The translations under genes were made by a program, and so were the position numbers. From the NCBI GenBank assembly GCA_013416795.1, contig RQSC01000031.1, positions 75,193-139,192 on the forward strand: a stretch of DNA of 64,000 nt, read 5' to 3'. Positions 54,239 to 64,000 of this stretch are shown piece by piece. Under the pieces are notes generated by a model. It was given only the letters and a program-made list of their open reading frames with translations. It did not search any database and was not told the origin of the DNA. The DNA is from Prasinococcaceae sp. CCMP 1430 (taxonomy: Eukaryota; Plantae; Prasinodermophyta). Numbering within the stretch: the stretch's first letter is position 1; every line of letters begins with the position of its first letter.

Positions 54239-55873
54239 TTACAGATTGATGCCGGCCGGCGTTCGTCCCTGACCGCCGCCGCGCGTTGCGTAGCGCGCTC
54301 GCAGCTCAGCAGCCGCGGCCGCGGCGTCCCGCCGCCGCCGCGCGCTCGCCATGTACGGAGCGAGCCGCTCCCTTCGCACGTGCACGCGCACGGGGTCGTC
54401 CGGCTCGAGCTCGACGCGCTTGACGCCGAAGCACGGGCGCAGCCGCGCGGAGCGCTGGTCGCAGTGGCTGACGTTGGCCACGCTCGTTCGCAGGCCGGCG
54501 CTCCAGTCCATGAGCACGAACGTGTTGTCGACGGCCACCCCTTGGTTGACGCGCGCCTGCAGCAGTGTGGGGGGGTAGATCTCCTCCGCGGGGTAGCGCC
54601 ACTGCGGGCGGTCGTCGCCCATCCCCTTCGGGCCGTGCGCGCCGATGCGCCCCGCCAGCGCGGCCGTCGCGAGCGGCGCGAAGATCTCTTGCGTGTAGAA
54701 CGAGCCCTCGTGGAACTGCTTGCGGACTGGGAGGTGGGCCACGCCGAACTCGGCGCGGAGCGCCGCCAGCGCGCTGTCGTTGCCCCACTTCTCCGCCCAC
54801 GTGCGCGGCGGCGCGTCGGGCCGACGCGGGTTGTCGATTCGGTGGCGCGTGCCCGTCCTGCCCGCCATCGCGCCAGCGATGCCCGGGCGCACGAGGAGCG
54901 CGTTGGATGCCAGCATGACAAAGTGCTCGAAGCGCGAGCGGAGCGCGGCGCGCGCGTGGGCGAAGTTCGACGCGTGCGCGGCCAGGATGGAAGGACCGCC
55001 TCGGCGCACGGGGAGGCGTGTTCGTGTGTTGACCATGGCGCCCGACGCGCGAAGCGCGTCGGCGGAGATGGTGCTGTTTTTTTGGTGTTGTTGTGTCGTT
55101 GTAGTTCAGTTGTTGTTGTTGTTGTTGGTGGTGTGTGTGTGTGTGTGGTGGTGGGGAAGGGGAGGAGGGGGTGTTGGTGTCAGTCAGCGTCTCCAAAGTC
55201 CAAGCGACGAAGTCGTGTGGCGCGTGCAAGCCTCGGTCGGGAGGGGCTGTTTAGACAACAGCTGCCCCCGCGGCGCTGCCACGGCAGCGCGGCTGAGCGC
55301 GTGCGCGCACCTGGGTCCGCGCGCCATGATCGCGTTGAGGTGCACAACGACTGCGCAGCCCGGCGCAAAGCCCAGCACGTTGCGCACGAGGTCCACCGCG
55401 CACGCCTCGCACGCGTACACCGGCACGGAGAACACCGCAAGCGCGGCTGCTGGCGTCGCGTGTCCGATGGTTCGTGAGTCGTTGAGGGGGTCGCCTCTTG
55501 CATCGGGTGCCGAGTTTTTTTGGAGTTGGGGAGGAAACAGAAGGGCGGAGTGGGCCGCTGTGGTGGCGCTGACGACGCTGCTGCTGCCGTTGTGTGTGGT
55601 CGCGGCGAGCGCCGCGGCGGCGGCGACGCCGACCAGCAGCGCAACGACGACCACGCGATGTCTGCTGCATTTGACGTGCGGGATGGCGAAGTCGTCGTCG
55701 GCGGCGCGGGGCACGTGTCCTTGGGATTTTGCAGACGTGTCGATGTCAGGGGGCGCCGCCGCCGACGACGACGACAACATGCCGTTGTTGGAGGCTCGAC
55801 CCTCCCCGCTGCAGGTGTCCCACCACTCGCAGATCGGTCGACTCGTGGAGAGCAGCGACAAGCCCAACGATGA
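54239..55873 (-). CDS. Putative type II membrane glycosyltransferase-like protein; first exon unresolved
   Basis: TM RVVVVALLVGVAAAAALAA. Intron 55310-55074 restores frame. Motifs VVVHLN, AHASNF, HFVMLASN, HEGSFY, YPAEEIYPPT, FGVKRV..DDPVR recall microbial glycan-locus hypothetical proteins (from memory). Confidence 0.65.
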
Positions 55874-56783
55874 TATCTGGTGTGTGTGTGTGTGTGCGAG
55901 GGGATAAAGCGCGGGGGAGGGGGGGGGGGAGCTGGACTCGGGTCCACCCCACCCCCGCGGCGCGCGCGCGCTGTGCCGCCTCGCCCCGCCCCGCCTCGTA
56001 GCGGCCTCGCCGCGCGCTGCTATCGCCTGCGCCCTCCGGCCGGCCCGCCGCTCGATCGACGACGCCCCGCTACGCAGCGAGACGCTGGTTTGGGTTTTCG
56101 ATAAAAATCGTTGCCCCGGACGCGCCGCGGATCGACGCGCCCGCGCCGCCTCGCGCCCCCGCCTGCCATCCGCGAGGCCTTCCGCCGCCAACGCGCGCGC
56201 GCGCGCCCGCGGGCGCCCCCGTCCGGGGCGCATTTACGGTTTTTGTTGCGCCGCGGAGGGCGGGAGGGTTCGAATGTGCGCGGCGCGGCGTGCGGTTTGA
56301 TGGGGGGGAACGCGGCGCCCGCTGGGGGGCCGAGCGGCCACGGAATCGGCGCAGAGCGCGTGCGCGCGCGCGCGCGCCGCGGGAGGTTTAAAACGATGTA
56401 TAAAGTACCCACGGGCGAGCTCGTGCGCGGCGCCGATCGCGCGCGCGCGCGCGCAGCTTCCGAGGTGCCCGAAGTGCGAGGCGACGGCGACGGCGCGCAA
56501 CCTAAACCTCACGCCGGCCGGTTTCATCCTGTTGTACACGTCAAATCGCATGCGTTCAGCGAATATCACAAACCCTGGTTACGTTACCTCAATGTTGCGC
56601 GCTGCGGCGCGCGCGCGCGCGCCGTGGCGCGCGCGCAGCGCGAGCCGCGAGGCTGCGCGGCGGCGCCGGGGCGGGCGCGGCGAAGAAGCGGAAGCAGCAG
56701 GCTGTGAGTTACTTTTTGGGCAACGCGCGGCAAGGCTGGCGCCGCGCGGCGAGGCTGGCGCGCGCGGCCAGGCGACGCCCTGA

Positions 56784-57859
<1,076 letters not shown>

Positions 57860-59267
57860 AGTTGGACCATCCACCTACTCGCCAGCAGCGGGGCACAACG
57901 TGTGCCGACCCCTGCGTGGTGCGCCATGAAGTACATGTGGAGGAGCCAGAGCCTTGCCATGACTCGTGCTAGAAGCGATCTCTCCCGCGCGTCCATACCT
58001 TGCGCATTGCCTGCTGTAAAAGCTCTATGTCACTCAGTTGAGCGCGCGAGCACAGAGCCGGCACGGAGGCCATGTGGCCGGCGCGCTTCTCGCGTCGCAG
58101 CGACGTCGCCGACCGACACAGGCACCGGCCAGCCTCGAGCACCGGCAGCGGCAACCGAGAGGGCACAGTTTCTGTTTGACTTCACCTCACGATGCGCAGG
58201 TGGAAGGTGTTCACCTGTTTGCTTCGAATGTTCGTTAACCCTAAATAGAAATGACCGTAATTGCAGTGCGCGTCACCCCAAAGTGGGCGCCGTCTCAGCC
58301 TGGAATTGTTACGAATATCGCCCGCGTCATCGAACACCGACGCCTCCTAACGGTCGCTCGCCACCACAGCACCTATGCGCGCGCACGCACGGATGCATCG
58401 CCTGCCGCCGCCGCCGCGTGGGACGGCGACGACGCCGGGTGATGCTGCATGGTGGGGCCAGCACACGCTTCTCGACGGTGTGCTCGTGCTCACATGCACG
58501 CGCTCGCGCCACCGCCACCGCGCGGCTGGCACTGGTCGACACTCCACACCCAGCTCATCGCTGCACGCGCGCCCGCGCTCAGAGGCATCGACCAGTGCCG
58601 CTTCACATGCCATCATCGCGTCAACTCGTGCTCAGCATCGCAGCAGCGTCTGCTGCAGCAGATGCCGCGGTGCGTCGTGTCAGCGCATTCGGCGGCGCCG
58701 CCAATTGGCGGCGCCGCCGCCACGCGCACGGTGCGTGCGGCACACGGGCACTCGCGCGCCTACCTGGGCAATGGGGACTATGTTGCGACGCGCTGTCGGA
58801 GTGTTTGCCCACTGTTGTCGAGCGGTGCCAACGTTCTCAGTACTTAGTCCCAGGCAGGGGACACGTGTTACGCTGAGCTGTCAACGCGTGCGTCGTAGAT
58901 TTTTGCGCTCCCCCAGGTAGGTCTAACCGAATCTGACAACGCGATCCGTTCCGAGCTGCGTTTGCGCGCGCGCGCGCATGCTGCTGCGGCGGCCGCGCGT
59001 GCACGCGCGTGCAGCGCGGGCGTCCCTCTGGTACACATGCAGACCAGGCGTCCGGGGTGGACTGACATGGATGAAATGCCGACGCGGCGCGCACGGGCCG
59101 CGCGCGCGGTGCTGCTGCCATCGCGCCGTGGGGGCCCGCGGCTGCCCGCGCGTCGTGCCACACACACGGCCTCCGACGCATAGGCACGCACACCTCACGC
59201 ACCCCCTCAGCACCTCTATCCTCCTACAGCCAAGCGCACTCTGCCCGATCCCCCTCGCACGCTCGCG

Positions 59268-60255
59268 ATGAAGTCCATGCTGGCGATGCTCGCCTTCGGC
59301 GCTGCCATGCGTGCGGCATCGGCACTGAAGGAGTGCACGGGCGAGGCGTACTACGAGATCACGATGGACAACCTGTGGTACGGCCCAAATGAGTACGCCG
59401 AATACCCCGTGGCTGCCGACGGCGCCGATCCGGACACTGGTGCCGGCTGGAGCCCCTTGGTCGCCGTCACTCACAGCGGCAACATCCAGCTGTGGAACAA
59501 CACCATGCCCGTGACTGAGGGTGTGAAGAACATCGCCGAGACTGGCAACTGGTCCGCGCTCGCCGCCGAGGTCGAGGCGACGCAGGAGGCCGGCGACCTT
59601 TACGTGGCCGAGGGCGGCATGGTCCTGGTCGAGATGGGCACCGGCATCGCCCACCAGAACATCACCGCGCCCGTAAAGGTCACGGCGGCGTGGCCGTGGA
59701 TCACGACTATCAGCATGGCGGTTCCGTCCCCTGACTGGTGAGAGAAATTCTCCTCCTCCCCTCGCCGTCGAAGGCGCCGCTCGCCGCACACACAGGCACG
59801 CACACGCACACGCACATGCATGCATGTCTGACTCCCCGTCTCTTGCGCCCCCCCGCCTCGCCCGCTCTGCCTCGCCCCGCCCCTCGCCGCCGCACGCACG
59901 CACCCACGCCCACAGGTACACGGGCATGATGTGGAACATGTGCGACCAGGAGACGGGCATGTGGGTCGACAGCTTTGTCGGCGGTCTCAGCCCGCTTTGG
60001 GACGCCGGCACTGACTCCGGTGTCACCTACACCTCGCCCGATGAAGTCACTGTGCCGGTCGGCACGGCCTGCCAGTACTGGCCTGTCACCCCAGAGTGTG
60101 GCATCGGAGCCGACCACCCCACGCAGACGACCGTCTTTGCCAACCAGAACGCCGCAGGCGAGCCGTGGTACGTCGCCAACTGGACCGTCTACCAGGTCGA
60201 GCCGCCTGCCAGCGATGCGGGCGGTGCGTACACTGGTGGTACGACGAAGCACTAG
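59268..60255 (+). CDS. Secreted Spondin_N-domain protein
   Basis: Signal peptide; WSPLVAVTH, GVKNIAETG, SMAVPSPDW|YTG, LWDAGTDSGVTYTSPD match Spondin_N; intron 59739-59915. Confidence 0.9.
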
Positions 60256-60715
60256 GGCGTCGTGCTTCGGTATACTCGCGGCGCAATCGTGTGTCCGAGT
60301 CGAAGGACTTGGCGCGCTCCGTGGCAGCCAAGCCAACTGTTGAGAGAGTGCGAGGAGCACGCAGGCGCGAGACCAGTGTGCAATGGCTCACTCCGGTCTG
60401 CGCTGCGACGGTGCCGCCTTCCAGCTGAAGGTGACTCCCGCACCTGACGCGAGGGGCGCGGGCGCCTTTATGAGACGAGCGAGCGGAGCAGGCCTAGCTT
60501 GACACCTTCATCGCCTTCATTCGCAGCAGCGAACGAGTAAAATGATGACAATGAAGGTCAAAATGCCTGCGATCGCGCGCACCCCCTACGGGTGCGCTGC
60601 TGCGGCGCGCCACAGCGCGTGCTGCCGGCGCCCCGACTGAGGCGCGGTGGGGCGGGTGGAGAGGGGGCGGGGCGGCGGCGGGGGCGATTCGATGAGGCGA
60701 TGAGGCGATGAGGCG

Positions 60716-63190
60716 ATGGCTTCGGCGGACGCGGCAAGCGCGGCGCGCGCGCCCGCGGCGAGGAGCGTGCGCGCGCGCGTGAGCGCGAGCGCGCGCCCCG
60801 CGCTCGCACCGGCGACACACGACCTCGCGCGGACCGCCGAGGGGGGCGAGGGCCAGCCGGGGTATGCCTCCCTCGCATCGCCGCGGTTCGCAGTCCCGTC
60901 GGGGAATGGCCCTTCCGCGCTTTTTGCAAACAACGAGGTGCCTCCCAACGCAACGCTCGCTGCAGCGTGCGCGGTGGCGGCGTGCGTGGCGACGGCGGCG
61001 GGCGCCGCTGCGTACTACCTCGGGCGTCGGGCGTCGCGCGCGCGTGCAGTGTGCTTGCTCTGGGCGGACCGCCTGCTCCGCTCTCGCGAGCGCGACCTCT
61101 GGCCGCTGCCGCGCTTCGTGCAGCGCGAGATGTACGCCGCGTGGGTCCTCGCAGCGCGCCTCGCCATCGATGACGTTCTGAAGGAGGCGGCCGCCGCGCC
61201 CCCGACAGTCCTTGGGCACCCGCTGCGCGTGCACGCCGACAGACTTCCCGCAGAGCGCAGCGCACCCACGGCAGCACCCGTCGACAACGCCCTCCTGCGG
61301 GACGTCATCGCGGAGCTCATAGAAGCGGACGACGCCATCTTCAAGGGAGGTGTCGTGTGGCTGCCGGATGCCTTCGAGACGCAGCTCTACGCCAACGCGC
61401 TGGCGCTAGGGCTCATCGCCGGCGACGACGCGGTGCTCTCCCTACGCATGCGCTTCTTCGGCCACGAGGTCGCATTCTACTCGGTGGGCGGTGGCGAGGC
61501 CGGAGCCATTCGTCCCGACACCGGGAGACAGCTGGCGCTCAGCGACGCCGCCGTCAAGCGCGTTGCCGCCGAGCTGCGCCCCTTCCTGCCGCCCGTGGTG
61601 CGGCTGCTTCCGCGCGTGGCCGACACGTTTGTGCGGCTCGGCGTGGCAGTCACCGCTCAGGTGATCAACTCCGTGGCGGTGCAGCTCGAGGGTGGGCGGC
61701 TGGCACTGAGGCTCGAGGAGACGCCTGCGAATGGCAGCAGCGACCGTTCGAGCGGAGGCGCCGACGGAGCTCACAACAGGCCGCTCCGTGTTGGCGGGCT
61801 CGCGGGCATCGGCGCGGGTGAGGTGAATCCCATCGTGCAGGCATACGTGGACCGCTTCTTCGAACAGCGCGGCGGCATTTCTTCGACGTTTATTTCGCGC
61901 CAGCTCGAGCGCGATACGTATGTTGCGCTGCTGTCGGCAGTCTTCGCGCCGCGCAGCCGCGTGCTCGGGAGCGCGTTGGGCCTTGACCTGCTGCTGCTCG
62001 TCGAAGCCGGCGGCAGCTGGCGGGTAGGCGCGTGGGCTCCAAGGGAGCCGCTGGCGGAGCGGGAAGACATCGAAAGGGCCGTGGATTGGCTGCTCGCGGA
62101 TCCACTGTACAATATCGCGGCAGTTCCGGACGATATTGAGCGATCGCTCTACGTTCGCTCTTTCGAGCTGCTGCTGGTGGTGCTGGAGGACATTCTGAGC
62201 CAGCTCGAGGTGGGCGTGCTGGGGCACGCCTTCGCTGCGCGCGTTCGGCGCGCCGCGAAGACGACGGACTACGCCTCGCTGCGCCCCTTTGCCCCCGACT
62301 CGGGCATGCTTCGCGAGCTGGCGAGCGGCACCACGAGCTTGGAGCCGGTACAGGACGTGCTGTGCAACGTGTATTCTTTCTTCCTCGCGGTCTGCGCGCA
62401 GGCGCTGGCAGACACCGAGCTCAACGTGTTGGGGCGGCGCATGCGCCTCTCGCTCGGCCGCCCGCCCTCGGGCGTGGCGCCGCAGCTGCCGCCGCGCTCC
62501 AACGAGGCACACAGCAAGCTGCAGCAGGCGCTGGATGCGCTCGCTGGGGAGCTGGTCGCCGCCGCCAAGATGGAGGCTGCATCCTCGGCCGCCCTGGCCT
62601 CCGCAAGAAGGTGAGGAGCGCGCGCGCGCGCGGAGGGCCGAGAACGATGGCGAGCGCCTGCCGAGCCCCTCCGCCCCGCAAGCGCTGACACGCGCACGCG
62701 CGCTTCGTGCAGAGGCTCCCCCTGGCGCGCCTCGGCGCTGCGCAGTGCCAGGCAGCGCGTCGCTGCCTCCCTTGACACCCTCGCGAAGCTGTTCGACGAG
62801 CAATCCTCGCGCACGGGGACCGACGCCAGCGGGCTGGTGCCATCATCGCCGCGCGCGACCGAGACCGCGCCGCTCCTCAGTGCGCTGTCCAAGCTGCTTG
62901 TGGGTTTCGCGGTGGAGCTGCGCCGCGAGCCAGCGTCCGTGGCCGACGAGATATTCCGGAGGCACCGCTCGCTGCCGGACAGCAAGTTTCCCTTCCCTTA
63001 CCTGCCGGCGCGGGAGGTGGAGAGCGCCCTGCGCGCGCTGTGGGCGGAGGTGTCCGAGCTGCCGCCGCCGCGCGCTCTCGCCGCTCTCGCCGAGGCCGCC
63101 GACGTGAACGGGGACGGCGTCGTCCAGTACGGCGAGTGGGCGATCACCGCCGCCGACGTGTGCGCGCTCGCCGCTCGCGCGCCGCGCTGA
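60716..63190 (+). CDS. Uncharacterised membrane-anchored repeat protein with a C-terminal EF-hand-like loop
   Basis: TM ATLAAACAVAACVATAAGAAAYYLG and internal repeats. Intron 62611-62712 (GTGAGG..CAG) joins the 632-aa ORF in frame to an exon containing DVNGDGVVQYGEW. Confidence 0.75.
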
Positions 63191-63440
63191 GCCCAGCACG
63201 CGTCCCCGTGAATTGCAATGTCATCTTTCCTCCCGCACGCCCCACCTCTCCCTCGCGCCGCCGCCCCGTCCCCCAACCCCCTTTCCAACGCCGCCGCCTG
63301 CGCCGCGGCGCCGCGTAGGCCCGTCCATGTGCGCGCGCGCGTGCTGTGCCCCGTTCACACCCGCCCTCCCCGTCGCTGCCCCTCCCCGCCGCCCTCCTGG
63401 GGGAGGCCTCTGCTGCGCGCGTACACGCACGTGCGCCCCA

Positions 63441-63514
63441 CCCAACCCCAACCCAAACCCTGGTGCAGGCAAACAAAACATGTTTGAATATACGTAGCTA
63501 TAAACCCTAACCCC
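63441..63514 (-). repeat. Telomere-like/telo-box motifs (C-rich on the plus strand)
   Basis: cccaaccccaacccaaaccct...taaaccctaacccc; a single AACCCTAAA also lies at about 58238. Confidence 0.7.
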
Positions 63515-64000
63515 ATCCTGGCGAATTTGCAAGCTCGAACGCCGGCGCTTCCGCCAAAGTCACCACCTGTGTGTGCGCGCGCGCGAGTGCACGCGTGTGC
63601 GGGCGCTCGCGTGCAGGCGCTCGCGCTTGCGCGCGCGCTTGCGCGGGCGTGCGGGCGATTGGGAAATCCGCGGAAGGCATCCAATCCGATGCGCCTTCCG
63701 TCGAGTGGCGCGATCGGTGCGCGATGGTGGTTGCCGTCCCCACGGGCTTCGCGGATCGACATTTCGGCAGGCGCGCCGGCGCGCGGGCCTGCCGGAGGAC
63801 GGATTCCGCTCGATTGGGTGGAATCATCGTAACGTCGCATTTTTTGGAATCCACTGTATGTCAAACGGCGGGTGGTCGTGAGGGTTCCGCCGATGTGTGG
63901 GGATTTTTGTGCGTGAGCGTTTCGCGTGTGGGGGGGCGGTTCGGCGCGCGCGCACGGCGTGGCCGCCCGCGGGCGCTCCCCCGCGGCGCTGGGCGCCGCG

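Noticed and set aside
58250-58870. Possible small spliced gene on the minus strand downstream of polyubiquitin
   Set aside because: A donor-like site exists, but I could not build a consistent open reading frame.

Overview
Gene-dense window of a very GC-rich (visually about 70%) eukaryotic nuclear genome with short GT-AG introns (GTGCG/GTACG donors, CTGAC branch points). Nucleus-encoded plastid proteins (IspE, a plant-type IspH, ribosomal S13) point to a green alga; a prasinophyte-grade lineage such as Prasinoderma is an inference only. About 25 protein-coding genes can be supported; most of the supplied ORF track is GC-driven shadow ORFs. Recognisable genes: Stealth phosphotransferase, DENR, IspE, S13, ARMC9, PurU, SAM+Raf-like kinase, IspH, PHT4-type transporter, RP2, DBP3, HAS1, ACBP-kelch, nucleotide-sugar transporter, PP2C-kinase fusion, IES6, polyubiquitin and a spondin-domain protein. 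Main points of interest: (1) an inward-rectifier K+ channel fused to a CPFC-type GST (DHAR/CLIC-like) domain; (2) a trefoil-domain + GT2 glycosyltransferase, absent from the ORF track, next to a Stealth gene; (3) a 3,191-codon intronless multi-pass receptor-like protein; (4) a perfect 30-bp hairpin over the purU start; (5) recurrent intergenic telomere-like motifs; (6) a candidate bicistron. Domain calls come from motif recognition by eye, and splice models from manual frame checks; no database search was run. Several 5' ends are missing or unresolved, and the window has assembly artefacts (an N-gap and a probably mis-assembled polyubiquitin).
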